A stretch of 64,000 nt of DNA from Candidatus Moanibacter sp. (GCA_965215885.1 CBDCEW010000098.1:32001-96000); one strand, 5' to 3'. Counted from the stretch's first letter, positions 52,060 to 62,450 are shown. Numbers and translations: made by a program. Notes: a model not told the origin generated them from the sequence alone.

Positions 52060-54576
52060 ATGGGTAAGACACTAATCATAGCAGAAAAACCGAGCGTGGC
52101 CCGAGATCTCGCGGCATCGTTAGGAAAATTTCGGAAGGAGAAAGACCGGTTTGAAAACGAAAGTTATATAATCTCATCCGCGATTGGTCACCTCGTAGAG
52201 CTGTATATGCCGGAGGACATTGATAAGAAACTTCGCTACTGGCGTCTTGAAAATCTACCTATAATCCCATCCAAATTTGAACTCAAGCCGATCGAGAAGA
52301 CTAAGTCCAGATTCGCGGAACTCAAAAGGTTACTGAATCGAAAAGACGTCACGGATGTTGTAAACGCATGTGACGCCGGGAGGGAGGGGGAACTCATATT
52401 CATCAACATGTATGAACTGGCGAATTGCAAAAAACGGGTTCGGCGGCTCTGGATGCAGTCGATGACAAAGCAGGCGATTAGGCAGGCATTTGAAAATTTG
52501 AGGCAGGGAGAGGAAATGCGCTCTCTGCAAAACGCGGCACGTTCACGCTCCGAGGCCGATTGGCTAATAGGGATAAACGGCACTCGGGCCATCACAACGA
52601 GAATGTACGGCAGGGCCCGTGGAAATGTCGCCACCGTGGGCCGAGTGCAAACTCCTACCTTAAATCTGGTCGTCGATCGTGAAAGAGAGATACGTAATTT
52701 TGAGCCGCAATCATATTGGCGTATTGTAGGTCAGTTCGATATCGCGGCCGGTGAATACGAAGGAATATATCAGAAGAGAGGATACCGAAAGGGCGAAACA
52801 AAGACTGAAGATGCGTCTCCTTTGCGATCCGCACATGACCGCGTCGACAGGATATGGAATCGCGATCTGGCGGCACGTATCATAGATGAGACAAAGGGTT
52901 GCGAATGGGCCGGCGTAAAGGAAGAGAAAAAGCGCACCAAACAGATAGCGCCACAACTCTACGATCTAACCACCCTTCAACGCGAAGCCAACAGTCGTTT
53001 CGGCATGTCAGCCCGGCGCACTCTCCAGGTCGCGCAGGATCTATACGAGAAGCACAAGCTTATCACCTACCCTAGAACGGACTCTCGGGCTCTCCCGGAA
53101 GACTACATACCGACATGCAAAAACGTCTTGTCGATGCTTCATGGTGAGATCGAGGATTTTGCTCAGACAGTTTTGAAAAATGAGTGGGTCAGGCCAAATC
53201 GTAGAGTGTTCAACAATAAGCAGATAAGCGACCATTTCGCAGTAATTCCCACGGGCCTGCAGGGCAAGCAGCTCAGGTCCGAAGAAGTTAAAATTTTTGA
53301 CATGATATTGCGACGTTTTGTTGCCGTCTTTTTCCCGTCGGCGGAATTTGATGTGACAATCCGTCTCAGTTCCATAGGGGAACACGATTTCAAAACAGAA
53401 GGAAAAGTCCTGGTAAAGCCCGGGTGGCTGAGTGTCTACGGAAAGGATGCGACAGCCAAAGGAAATCTGGTTCCACTCTCGAGCGAAGATGGTTCGCCCC
53501 CACGGGCAAAAGTTGTGGCTGTCGAGCTGAGAGAGGAATCGACAAAGCCCCCTCCGAGGTACTCGGAAGCCTCCCTTCTATCCGCCATGGAAGGAGCGGG
53601 AAAGTTTGTCGAGGATGAAGAACTGGCGGAGGCGATGCGAGACAAGGGTCTCGGCACGCCGGCGACACGTGCACAGACTATTGAGCAGCTTATCAATCAA
53701 AAATATCTGGAACGGGAAAAGCGCGATCTGATACCTACCGCGAAAGCTGAAGGCCTTCTCGATTTTCTTAATGCCGTCCATGCTGAATCGCTTACCAGTC
53801 CGTCCATGACGGGCGACTGGGAATATAAGCTTCATCTCATCGAGACAGAAGAACTGAGTCGGGAGGAGTTCATGCGTGGCATCGCCCAAATGACCTCGGA
53901 AATTGTGGAGAGGACAAAGTCATTCAGCGAAGAGGCTGCTGGAATAAGGGAAACTTCGATAATTTCGCCAAGCGATCGAAAGCCGATTTTGGAAACCTTA
54001 CGCACTTTCAAATCTCAAGACGGCGCTATTTTAGTCTATAAGACAATGGGAAACCGCAAACTCGATGAAGAAGAGGTAAGAGTGCTCGTAAAGGAAGGAC
54101 AAGTAGGACCTCTGGAAGGATTCCGCTCGAAGGCGGGAAAGCCGTTTATCGCTAGCTTAAGGCTAAACCAGGAATCCAAAGTAGAGTTTGTTTTCCAAAA
54201 CGCCGATCGTGATGGAAATGCGAATAAGGAAGAAAACGTTGATATCTCTAAGCTTCCGATCGTAGGATCGTGCCCGAAGAGATGCTCGAAGGAAGGGGCA
54301 ATAGCGAATGTTTACGAGGCGGATAATGCTTTCGCGTGCGAGAACTCTCTAAACAACAATAGAGTTTGCGATTTCAGGATAAGTCGCAAGATTTTGGGTC
54401 AGTCATTGCCGTCGAACCAGGTCAAAAAATTGCTGCTCGAAGGAAAGACCGATCTCATCGAAAATTTTCGATCGAAGCGCACAAAAAAGTATTTCTCGGC
54501 CTATCTGGTGCTGAAGAAGCGTGGGGAGATCGGTTTCGAATTCCCTCCCCGCCCGTCTAAAGGGAGCAAAAAGTAG
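52060..54576 (+). CDS. topB: DNA topoisomerase III (type IA)
   Basis: IAEKPSVA, CDAGREGE, GRVQTPTL, LITYPRTDS and GLGTPATRA; C-terminal repeats (GFRSK). Confidence 0.92.
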   Translation: MGKTLIIAEKPSVARDLAASLGKFRKEKDRFENESYIISSAIGHLVELYMPEDIDKKLRYWRLENLPIIPSKFELKPIEKTKSRFAELKRLLNRKDVTDVVNACDAGREGELIFINMYELANCKKRVRRLWMQSMTKQAIRQAFENLRQGEEMRSLQNAARSRSEADWLIGINGTRAITTRMYGRARGNVATVGRVQTPTLNLVVDREREIRNFEPQSYWRIVGQFDIAAGEYEGIYQKRGYRKGETKTEDASPLRSAHDRVDRIWNRDLAARIIDETKGCEWAGVKEEKKRTKQIAPQLYDLTTLQREANSRFGMSARRTLQVAQDLYEKHKLITYPRTDSRALPEDYIPTCKNVLSMLHGEIEDFAQTVLKNEWVRPNRRVFNNKQISDHFAVIPTGLQGKQLRSEEVKIFDMILRRFVAVFFPSAEFDVTIRLSSIGEHDFKTEGKVLVKPGWLSVYGKDATAKGNLVPLSSEDGSPPRAKVVAVELREESTKPPPRYSEASLLSAMEGAGKFVEDEELAEAMRDKGLGTPATRAQTIEQLINQKYLEREKRDLIPTAKAEGLLDFLNAVHAESLTSPSMTGDWEYKLHLIETEELSREEFMRGIAQMTSEIVERTKSFSEEAAGIRETSIISPSDRKPILETLRTFKSQDGAILVYKTMGNRKLDEEEVRVLVKEGQVGPLEGFRSKAGKPFIASLRLNQESKVEFVFQNADRDGNANKEENVDISKLPIVGSCPKRCSKEGAIANVYEADNAFACENSLNNNRVCDFRISRKILGQSLPSNQVKKLLLEGKTDLIENFRSKRTKKYFSAYLVLKKRGEIGFEFPPRPSKGSKK

Positions 54577-54697
54577 CGGCTCCACCTGCCGGAAGCACTT
54601 CAATACAAAGATGAAACCACGCCGGACGGATTCTTGCCGAACGTAATAAAAATCATATATCGTTTCAGATAAACGAAATTCCCGAAGGAACTTTGTC

Positions 54698-55732
54698 ATG
54701 CCGATAGCATCGCCCCATCAGTTTGCGTCCATGCTCAATGCTGCCCAGGAAGGAGCCTACGCCTATCCCGCTGTAAACTGCACTTCTATCAGCACGATTA
54801 ATGCAGCTCTCATGGGATTTGCTCAAAGGAAGTCGGACGGTATCGTTCAATTCTCCACCGGTGCAGGCGAATTTGCCTCCGGTGGATTCAATAAGGATGC
54901 TGTCAGCGGCGTGATAGTCCTGGCGGAGGCGGCTCACCGCCTGGCCGCAAGGCACGATGTATTTATTGCGCTTCATACGGATCACTGCCCACCGGACAAG
55001 GCAGGCACATTTCTCAAACCGCTTATTGAGGAGACGGCGGCGAGGCGCAAAAGGGGTCTCAGTAATCTCTTTCAGGGTCATATGCTGGATGCTTCGGCCC
55101 TGCCCTTGAAGGAAAATCTGGAGATGTCCAGGGAGTATCTCAAACTTTGTACCGAGAATGACATTGTCCTCGAAGTGGAAGCCGGTGTGGTAGGTGGCGA
55201 AGAAGACGGAGCGGCCGGCACTAAGGACACTCCTCGGGAGAAGCTATATACGACACCCGAAGATATGCTCGAAGTTTTTGAGTCTCTCCAAGGTTTGGGA
55301 CGCTATATGTTTGCCGCTACTTTCGGCAATGTCCACGGCCACTACAAACCGGGTGCGGTGAAACTGCGACCCGATATTCTGAAAGAGGGTCAGCAGGCTG
55401 TGATTTCCCGTTTTGGAGAGGAGGCGGAATTCGACCTCGTTTTTCACGGTGGATCAGGTTCCCCCATGGAAGAAATACGTGAAACGCTCCAGTATGGCGT
55501 AATCAAAATGAATATCGATACGGATACTCAATATGCATTCACCCGACCCATAGTCGATCATCTCATGAGAAATTACGACGGGGCTCTCATGATCGACGGC
55601 GAAATCGGAATCAAGAAAATCTACGATCCCCGCTCCTATCTCACAAAGGCGGCCGAATCGATGGCTGCGAGAGTCGGTCGCGCCTGCGACGATCTGCTCT
55701 CTTCTGGTCGAACGATTTTTGGGAAGATTTGA
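54698..55732 (+). CDS. fbaA: Class II fructose-bisphosphate aldolase
   Basis: LHTDHC, GGEEDG, FGNVHG, FHGGSGS and KMNIDTD motifs. Confidence 0.95.
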   Translation: MPIASPHQFASMLNAAQEGAYAYPAVNCTSISTINAALMGFAQRKSDGIVQFSTGAGEFASGGFNKDAVSGVIVLAEAAHRLAARHDVFIALHTDHCPPDKAGTFLKPLIEETAARRKRGLSNLFQGHMLDASALPLKENLEMSREYLKLCTENDIVLEVEAGVVGGEEDGAAGTKDTPREKLYTTPEDMLEVFESLQGLGRYMFAATFGNVHGHYKPGAVKLRPDILKEGQQAVISRFGEEAEFDLVFHGGSGSPMEEIRETLQYGVIKMNIDTDTQYAFTRPIVDHLMRNYDGALMIDGEIGIKKIYDPRSYLTKAAESMAARVGRACDDLLSSGRTIFGKI

Positions 55733-56781
55733 CTCCGCCTATGGAGAGATCTCTTTCCGCCATTTTTTGCATTCTGCTCCGGTCCGCACCGTTCGTCATG
55801 GGCGCTGATAATGTAAACCGTACTCTCACTGCTCTCGATGGAATTGAGGTAGGTCATCACACCCTGAAGGAGCGCCTCACCGGAGTAACTGTTGTACTCG
55901 CGGAAAAGGGAGTTGTGGCCGGGGTGGACGTACGCGGTTCGTCTCCAGGCACCCGTGAGACTGATCTTCTCGATCCCGTCAATACCATAGAAAAAATCCA
56001 TGCCGTGGTATTGTCCGGCGGAAGCGCATTCGGTCTGGACAGCGCATCTGGTGTCATGCGCTATCTCGAAGAACGGGGAATCGGGTACGATGTGGGAGTG
56101 GCCAGGGTTCCCATCGTTCCAGCCGCAATACTCTTTGATCTTCGCATCGGAGATCCCAGTATCAGACCAAATGCGGATAGCGGATATCTGGCTGCGAAAG
56201 CGGCGTCCAGTGTGCCCGTAGAAGAGGGGAACATCGGCGCCGGCGCCGGCGCCACGGTCGGCAAGGCACGTGGCATGGAACGGGCCATGAAGGGCGGAAT
56301 TGGGAGCTACGCCGTCACCCTCCCAAGTGGACTGAAAGTAGCGGCACTTGTCGCTGTAAACGCCATAGGCGACATCGTAGATCCCAAATCCGGAAAAGTG
56401 ATAGCGGGGGCACGTAGCGCGGACGGCCGCGATTTGATCGACATTCGACTTCATCAAGGGGAAAGTCACCAAAAAAGGACCCACTCGATCGAAAACACCA
56501 CGATAGGCGTAGTCGCCACCAATGCCCGGCTGACGAAGGCCCAGGCAAATAAGATCGCTCAGATGGCACATGACGGGCTCGCCCGAACGATCTATCCTGC
56601 TCACACTCCACATGATGGCGATGCTCTATTTGCGTTGGCTACCGGACGCTTCGCTGGAGAGGCGGATCTTACCCTGATCGGAACATTGGCCGCGGAGGCA
56701 GTCGCGGAGGCGGTTGTTCGCGCCGTAAGGAGAGCCGCAAGCATTCCGGGATACCCCTCGGCGAGTGATCTGGAGGATTAG
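55729..56781 (+). CDS. P1 family (DmpA/ArgJ-like) peptidase
   Basis: GVDVRGSSPGTRETD, LSGGSAFGL, GAGAGATVGK, NTTIGVVATNA and HTPHDGD motifs. Confidence 0.9.
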   Translation: MTPPMERSLSAIFCILLRSAPFVMGADNVNRTLTALDGIEVGHHTLKERLTGVTVVLAEKGVVAGVDVRGSSPGTRETDLLDPVNTIEKIHAVVLSGGSAFGLDSASGVMRYLEERGIGYDVGVARVPIVPAAILFDLRIGDPSIRPNADSGYLAAKAASSVPVEEGNIGAGAGATVGKARGMERAMKGGIGSYAVTLPSGLKVAALVAVNAIGDIVDPKSGKVIAGARSADGRDLIDIRLHQGESHQKRTHSIENTTIGVVATNARLTKAQANKIAQMAHDGLARTIYPAHTPHDGDALFALATGRFAGEADLTLIGTLAAEAVAEAVVRAVRRAASIPGYPSASDLED

Positions 56782-56782
56782 T

Positions 56783-58012
56783 GTGAGTTTCTCTGTATAT
56801 CTCAAACAAGGCGGAATTTTTGTAGGCATCGTGTGTCTGACTTTTGCCTTGATTCTTCCGTTGGGAGGCTACTCGCAAGATTCGGGGGCCTTCCAGGGAG
56901 AAAAAGTTGAGCGGTCGAATCGCTATGTCGAACGCGGCGAAGAATTACAAAAGGTCGGTGATTACAAAGGCGCTTTGATGGATTACGACGAAGCTATCAG
57001 AATATACCCGAAAAACGTCGGAGCCTACGTCGCCCGGGGTAGACTCAAAGTCGAAAATGAGAACGTCGATGGAGGGTTCATGGACTACTCCGAAGCCATT
57101 GAGATCGATCCTGAATATGATCCCGCCTATTACGAGCGAAGCCGCGCCCTGAAAAAGAAGGAGGATTGGGAGGGAGCCCTGAGCGATCTCTCGCAGGCCA
57201 TAGAGTTGAATTCCTCGAATGGAGATTATTACGAGCAGCGCGCCGATTTGAGGATGAACAGACACCTTTACGCGGAAGCCGCGGAGGACTATGAACGGTT
57301 GGCCAACATACAGAAGGATTCGGCCATCCCGTTGGGTCATGCGGGAGGCGCGAAACTATTCGATGGGGATTTCGAAGGTGCCCTCGAGACCCTGAACAAG
57401 GCGTTGAAACGGAATCGTCACTATTCGGGTGCCTATCTTTTGCGAGCCAACCTGAAAGTTCTAAAGAGCCTGTACAAGAGCGCCCTCGTAGATTATGGGA
57501 AATCCATCCGCATGGACAACCGCAACGCCGGTAGCTTTTTTTCCCGTGGATTGTTCTATTTCGCCCAGGGACAAATTGAAAAGGCCCGAAAAGACATAGC
57601 GGAAGGATTGCAGTGGGCGACGGAGGAGGAATCGGTCGATTATGCCAATCTTTGGCTATTCCTGATCGACGGACAGTCCGGAAAAGAAGCATCCGCCACA
57701 GAGAAACTGCGGCTTTACTTCGAGGATCGCCCTGTTGAAAAAGAGGGAGACTGGTATGAAACGTTGGCAAATTTTCTCATTCAAAAAATTTCCGAGAGCG
57801 AGTTATTTGATTCTGCGGTCGACTCAGACCCCATCATCGAAATTGAGCAAATGTGTGAAGCCTACTTTTATACCGCTCAGTTGAATCTGCTGAACAGGAA
57901 ATATAGCGAGGCCGTCGAGTTGCTCAAAGATTGCCTGGAGTCTCGGATAATTCGCTTTTACGAATATCAGGCTGCTACGGTCCAACTCCGGAGACTTGAG
58001 GAGAGCCCCTAG
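56783..58012 (+). CDS. Exported TPR protein with an NlpI-like C-terminus
   Basis: Signal-like N-terminus after a GGAGGA RBS; repeated TPRs (GALMDYDEAI, GALSDLSQAI); CEAYFY motif. Confidence 0.85.
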   Translation: MSFSVYLKQGGIFVGIVCLTFALILPLGGYSQDSGAFQGEKVERSNRYVERGEELQKVGDYKGALMDYDEAIRIYPKNVGAYVARGRLKVENENVDGGFMDYSEAIEIDPEYDPAYYERSRALKKKEDWEGALSDLSQAIELNSSNGDYYEQRADLRMNRHLYAEAAEDYERLANIQKDSAIPLGHAGGAKLFDGDFEGALETLNKALKRNRHYSGAYLLRANLKVLKSLYKSALVDYGKSIRMDNRNAGSFFSRGLFYFAQGQIEKARKDIAEGLQWATEEESVDYANLWLFLIDGQSGKEASATEKLRLYFEDRPVEKEGDWYETLANFLIQKISESELFDSAVDSDPIIEIEQMCEAYFYTAQLNLLNRKYSEAVELLKDCLESRIIRFYEYQAATVQLRRLEESP

Positions 58013-58372
58013 CCCGCATATTTCACACACTTCGTAGCGAGATCCCGGCGCGCCGTGAATCGCTGCGTATCAAAGCCTTTCCGCATGACGGCGGGCGATC
58101 CCGGCTTTTACCACAGTTTAGCGTTTCTGAGGCTGCCCCGGTCTTGTGCCGGGGTGGCGCACGGTATACAGCTACAATATGCGATCGCCACCGCGCACCC
58201 CCCCACCGGTCCTTTCTCGCCCGAGACCGAACACGGCTGGGGCGAGAAAGGACCGGTGGGGGGGTTGGTAGAGGCACACGGTTTTAGCAGGGAACGCGCG
58301 CCACCCCGGCACAAGACCGGGGCAGCCGTCAATCAAAGGCACGCTAAGCAGGTGGTGAAATTTCCGGGCTAG
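58009..58372. mobile_element. Composite element: CTAG-flanked MITE ends enclosing the 235-bp palindromic repeat
   Basis: CTAGCCCGCATATTTCAC...GTGAAATTTCCGGGCTAG; 58116-58350 is homologous to 24799-25035. Confidence 0.85.
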
Positions 58373-58710
58373 AATGGCACATCGTCTTCAGGTTCAGAAC
58401 TGTAGTCAGTCGTGTCCTCCGGATCCGGCGTGTCCTCAGCAGGAGATTCGGTGAGCTTCTCTATCTTCCATGCCTGAAGGTTTACGTAATACCGGTCCTT
58501 GTACTCATTTCCGCGAATGTTAAACTGAACATGAACTTCATCATTAACGTTCAGATCGGCAAGAAGGTCACACCGTTCCTTAATGCACTCGATCTTGATA
58601 TCCTGCGGATAATTCTCTTCCGAAGTTAGGACGAATTCCCGCTTCGTAAATCCACTTGGGAACGTCTGTATGTCGAATATCTCTTTGATTTTTCCTTTGA
58701 GATTATGCAT
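58369..58710 (-). CDS. DUF3127 (SSB-like OB-fold) protein
   Basis: SGFTKREFVL, YPQDI, FNIRGNEY and NLQAWKI; acidic tail ending DDVPF. Confidence 0.9.
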   Translation of the reverse strand: MHNLKGKIKEIFDIQTFPSGFTKREFVLTSEENYPQDIKIECIKERCDLLADLNVNDEVHVQFNIRGNEYKDRYYVNLQAWKIEKLTESPAEDTPDPEDTTDYSSEPEDDVPF

Positions 58711-58714
58711 GTTC

Positions 58715-59398
58715 TTACTTTCTCTGGCTGACTAGATAGGCGCACCTTCTCGCGCCGGAAAGAATATGTTCCGTCCTCTCAACGACGGCGTTTTCTCCAA
58801 GCACCGTCTGGAAAACATTCAGCTCGGCCTGGCAAAGTCCCGTACATGATCGAGCCGCGCTGCATATAGGGCAATGGTTCTCAATCAAAAGGAAATCGCT
58901 CTCACTTACCTTGCATACTGCCGCCATATACCCCTCCTCCGTGCGAACTTCCGCCAGTTCCTGCAATTTTCCTCGAAGTGTGCCCTTGTTCTTCACTCTC
59001 TCTTTATACTCCTTTATCTGCCCCTCCGCCCTTACCTTCAAGAGCTTCTCAATACCCTCCTGACCGAATGTCTTACGGATTCCTTCAACAAGATTCAAGG
59101 CAAGATCCTGGTGCGCGTCCGGAAAATACTGATCTGCTTCGGCTGTTAGTCTCCACTGCTTCGCCGGCCTTCCTAACCTCCCCGGCTTCTCCTCGAAAGT
59201 CACCAGGCTCTGCTCTTTCATCTCATACAAGTGTTGCCGCACCGCCATGGCCGAAACCTTTACTACTCTGGCCAACTCCGCCGCCTCCGACGGCCCTTCG
59301 CACTTCAGTATCTCCAGTATCCTCGCCCGTGTCCGTTTCCTCGCCTTTGATTTTACCGGCATATTGTTCTTTGCTTGGGATGCCTTGCGCCTGCTCAT
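58715..59398 (-). CDS. SufR-like HTH transcriptional regulator with a C-terminal Cys cluster
   Basis: SAMAVRQHL HTH, GRPAKQW, EGYMA and ENHCPIC..CTGLC..RRC motifs. Confidence 0.85.
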   Translation of the reverse strand: MSRRKASQAKNNMPVKSKARKRTRARILEILKCEGPSEAAELARVVKVSAMAVRQHLYEMKEQSLVTFEEKPGRLGRPAKQWRLTAEADQYFPDAHQDLALNLVEGIRKTFGQEGIEKLLKVRAEGQIKEYKERVKNKGTLRGKLQELAEVRTEEGYMAAVCKVSESDFLLIENHCPICSAARSCTGLCQAELNVFQTVLGENAVVERTEHILSGARRCAYLVSQRK

Positions 59399-59430
59399 GT
59401 GAGGAAAATATGAGGGTTTTCGAGAATATT

Positions 59431-59488
59431 TAAAGATTTTTCTTTACAAATGTAAAACACGAACTACTTTTCTAAAGAAAAATCTTTA
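59431..59488. promoter_or_regulatory. Twin palindromic operators TAAAGA-N4-TCTTTA, 26 bp apart, overlapping a candidate promoter
   Basis: 59431-59446 and 59473-59488 are exact reverse complements and each is self-palindromic. TTTACA (59443) and TACTTT (59465) could be the -35 and -10 boxes. Confidence 0.7.
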
Positions 59489-59503
59489 GTAATAGGTGGC
59501 GGT

Positions 59504-61255
59504 ATGAAAAAAAATGGAAGATATATCAAGGTGGGCAAGATTGGAGAGCTGGAGGAAGGAGAGATGCAGCAGGTACGGGTTGGAGATCGCACCGTTGTTT
59601 TGATCCACCTTAACGGAGAGGTTAGAGCACTGGACAACCGATGTCCGCACATGGGGTTTCCACTGAGCCAGGGGACCGTAAAGAACGGCATACTGACATG
59701 CCATTGGCATCATGCGCGATTCGACATCTCCAGCGGCTGCACCTTTGACCTATTTGCGGACGACGTTCCTGTATACGAAACTTACGTGGAGGATGGCGAT
59801 ATTCATGTATCGAAAAATCCGACCCGGGAACCTACGCAGGAGTACTACAGCAAGCGATTGGCGAGGGGTCTCGAGCAGAATATAGGACTGATCCAAGCCA
59901 AGAGCATCATCGGGATGCTTGAATTCAACTCGGACTATCGGTCGATTGTAAGAGAGATAGCGCGCTTCGGTGGCGCCAACCACGAGAGTTGGGGAGATGG
60001 AATGACTAGCCTGGCGGTAGTGGCAAACCTGTGGCCGAATCTAGGCGAGAATAGCCGAATACATTCCTTGGCCAAAGCATCGCGAATGTTGGCCCGGAAC
60101 TGTGCCGGAATGCCGACCCGTCGTGATAGGAATGCTTTGGAAGGCACAACCGTGGCGATCGACCAACTCAAACAATGGTTTCATCACTGGGCCATGGTAC
60201 GACAGCGGGATGGAGCGGAACGCACCCTGCTGACGGCTGCGGATGTGGTGGGGGATTCTCCCGGATTCAACGACCTGGCTTTTGGAACGATCAGCGATCG
60301 CATATTTTCGAACCAGGGGCACACCCTAGATTTCTTCAATAAGGCCTGTGAGTTGCTGGGCCATATAGGCTGGGATTCCGCGGAGTCGATCTTCCCTACC
60401 CTCATGCCACAGATCGCGAATGCTCGGGGAGGCGAAGAACAGAGCGCCTGGCGAACACCGATTGATCTAATTGAAATTGTCCGTGCGGCCGAAGCTGACC
60501 TTCCCACGCTGTTAAGTGATCGTAGCAATAAGACCGTGCCGGTTAAAGAGGGCCTATTCGAGATCCTCTGGGGGGATGATCCTTACGCTGTGGCGTCTGT
60601 CTTGAAAGAGGAAATTTCCCGAGGTGCGGACATCCTGGACCTTGCGCGTTATGTCTGTTATGCGGCAGCGATGCGGCTGGCCCGTTTTCCCGAGTCAAAC
60701 GATATCAATGATTGGTTTGATCCGGTTCACACCTTGAACTACGCCAACGCGGTCTATCAAAGTCTCTCCAGGTCGATATCGGTTGATACGGTGAAAGGAT
60801 TGTATCATGCCGCCCTCTCAGTCTACAAAGACCGTTTCTTGAATATTCCCGAAGCCAAACTCCCCCATGAGCGAAACGGCTTCAAAGATCTTCCCGATGA
60901 TCCGGACGCGCTCCTGGAAAACCTTCTGGAGTTGCTCAATCACCGCCAGAATCTAACGGCTGTTACCTCGTCGGTTGCGCGATATGTCCGCCTCGATCAT
61001 CCCAGAGAGCGCCTCATTGATTCGCTCGCCTTCGCCACCCTCCGGGAAGATGTCGATTTTCACAAAATTCAAATCCTCGAAGCGGGTGTGCGGCAGGCCG
61101 AGCTTTGGCGGGGGCGTGTCGAGGAAGAGCATATCTATGTGGGGGTTGCCCGCCACCTCGCTGCCCACTGCCCTACCCGGCGTGCCGAATCACGCATGAC
61201 CGACATCGCCATTCGCCTCCACCGAGGTGAAGCCATCTATGAGGAGGATGGGTGA
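59504..61255 (+). CDS. Rieske [2Fe-2S] ferredoxin domain fused to a large helical domain of unknown function
   Basis: RCPHMG..TCHWHH Rieske motif, followed by about 480 aa of helical sequence with repeated His motifs. Confidence 0.85.
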   Translation: MKKNGRYIKVGKIGELEEGEMQQVRVGDRTVVLIHLNGEVRALDNRCPHMGFPLSQGTVKNGILTCHWHHARFDISSGCTFDLFADDVPVYETYVEDGDIHVSKNPTREPTQEYYSKRLARGLEQNIGLIQAKSIIGMLEFNSDYRSIVREIARFGGANHESWGDGMTSLAVVANLWPNLGENSRIHSLAKASRMLARNCAGMPTRRDRNALEGTTVAIDQLKQWFHHWAMVRQRDGAERTLLTAADVVGDSPGFNDLAFGTISDRIFSNQGHTLDFFNKACELLGHIGWDSAESIFPTLMPQIANARGGEEQSAWRTPIDLIEIVRAAEADLPTLLSDRSNKTVPVKEGLFEILWGDDPYAVASVLKEEISRGADILDLARYVCYAAAMRLARFPESNDINDWFDPVHTLNYANAVYQSLSRSISVDTVKGLYHAALSVYKDRFLNIPEAKLPHERNGFKDLPDDPDALLENLLELLNHRQNLTAVTSSVARYVRLDHPRERLIDSLAFATLREDVDFHKIQILEAGVRQAELWRGRVEEEHIYVGVARHLAAHCPTRRAESRMTDIAIRLHRGEAIYEEDG

Positions 61256-61314
61256 TCTGGTTCGCTTTGTCCTTCAGCAGCCTAGGCCGAGGCGAAAGAG
61301 TTCAGGGTGAGGAC

Positions 61315-61379
61315 CGAAAAGCTTCCGCTTTCCGCTACACACTTCGATTCGGAACGTAGCGGAAACCGGAAGCTTTTCG
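61315..61379. repeat. Dispersed hairpin repeat, copy 2; possible bidirectional terminator
   Basis: Homolog of 5969-6033, lying between convergent genes. Confidence 0.75.
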
Positions 61380-61421
61380 TCCCGTAACTGCGACGGGTTT
61401 CCAGCCTTCCTCTTCCATCCT

Positions 61422-61922
61422 TCATCCTTCATCCTCCAGCCTTCCCCTTCCATCCTTCCTCTTCTTCTCCCCCTTCGGATGCCACCGACGGTTTTCCCGC
61501 TTGAGAAGCATGAGTTTCTCCCGTTGCTCAGGATTGAGTTGGTTTTTTATTCTGATGACCAGGCTCAAGTGCGATTTCTTGATACCGTGTTCCAGGGTGA
61601 GAACATTCTCCAATTGTATCAGGACCGCTTCCTCATCAATCTTTTCCTGTTGCATGAGTGAAACCATTGATTGCATGGCGCTTTGAAGGTCCCACTCAAG
61701 TTCCGATACGTGGGCGCGGGCATTGACAATTTCGTTCTTGATAAAATCCTCCTGCTCCTCGCTGAGATCGAGAGCACGTTGATTGTGCATTATCAGTTCG
61801 GGAGGGAAGAGATTTTCTTCCATCGGGTTACGAGGAGGATGTTGTGCCCACAAAGTATGCCCAACAATGATTAGGGTGATAGCAGGAATAGTTTTTTTGA
61901 ACGTCATGGTAGTTACCTCCAT
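61422..61922 (-). CDS. Spy/CpxP/ZraP-like periplasmic protein
   Basis: Signal peptide; LDLSEEQ and LNPEQ (LTxxQ) motifs. Confidence 0.85.
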   Translation of the reverse strand: MEVTTMTFKKTIPAITLIIVGHTLWAQHPPRNPMEENLFPPELIMHNQRALDLSEEQEDFIKNEIVNARAHVSELEWDLQSAMQSMVSLMQQEKIDEEAVLIQLENVLTLEHGIKKSHLSLVIRIKNQLNPEQREKLMLLKRENRRWHPKGEKKRKDGRGRLEDEG

Positions 61923-62030
61923 TGAGTTAATAGCAGCCTGTTGGACATTATGTTTCTTTCGGAAAAGTTACTCAGTTTCATTCCGATCCCGCTGAGCGGG
62001 ACTAACAATAAGAAAATGAATCTGTCGGTC

Positions 62031-62450
62031 TCATTCGAAAATCCTCAAGAGTTGGTCCGTCGGTGCATCCCACCCGAAAATCAGGAATGCAGAGGATGAG
62101 GGGAGAGAATCTCCAATCCACTCATATTGTTCATCGGAGGAAGCGAGGCCGGCATTCCCAAGAAGCGCATCAGTAGGTGAATGCCAACCTTCGAAATCGG
62201 TAGATGCGCTCCGTGAACCCGAAGACGGGTATGGGTCTGAGGGTCTCTTGGGAATCATCCAGAAGGCGGCGAAAGCCAATACCGTGAGGATCACAACCGG
62301 CGCAATGGTGCGACGGCGGCCGATTTTCTCAGGATGTTCACCCCGGTCTCCACTCTTCTCACAAACATCCGCGAAAAGCGGCGCCCGATTCTTATCCAGC
62401 TGTTTGAGTTCGTGAAAGAGTCCCTTTATAGCATATTTCTCCAAGTTCAT
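62031..62450 (-). CDS. Putative anti-sigma factor (single TM helix)
   Basis: Overlaps the ECF sigma 3' end; one TM helix; repeated WxxPTDxLL motif. Confidence 0.65.
   Translation of the reverse strand: MNLEKYAIKGLFHELKQLDKNRAPLFADVCEKSGDRGEHPEKIGRRRTIAPVVILTVLAFAAFWMIPKRPSDPYPSSGSRSASTDFEGWHSPTDALLGNAGLASSDEQYEWIGDSLPSSSAFLIFGWDAPTDQLLRIFE

Noticed and set aside
61941..61973. ECF promoter upstream of the Spy-like gene (GTAACTT...GTCCAA)
   Set aside because: The spacing is about 2 bp longer than the sigmaE-type consensus, so it is not supportable without alignment.
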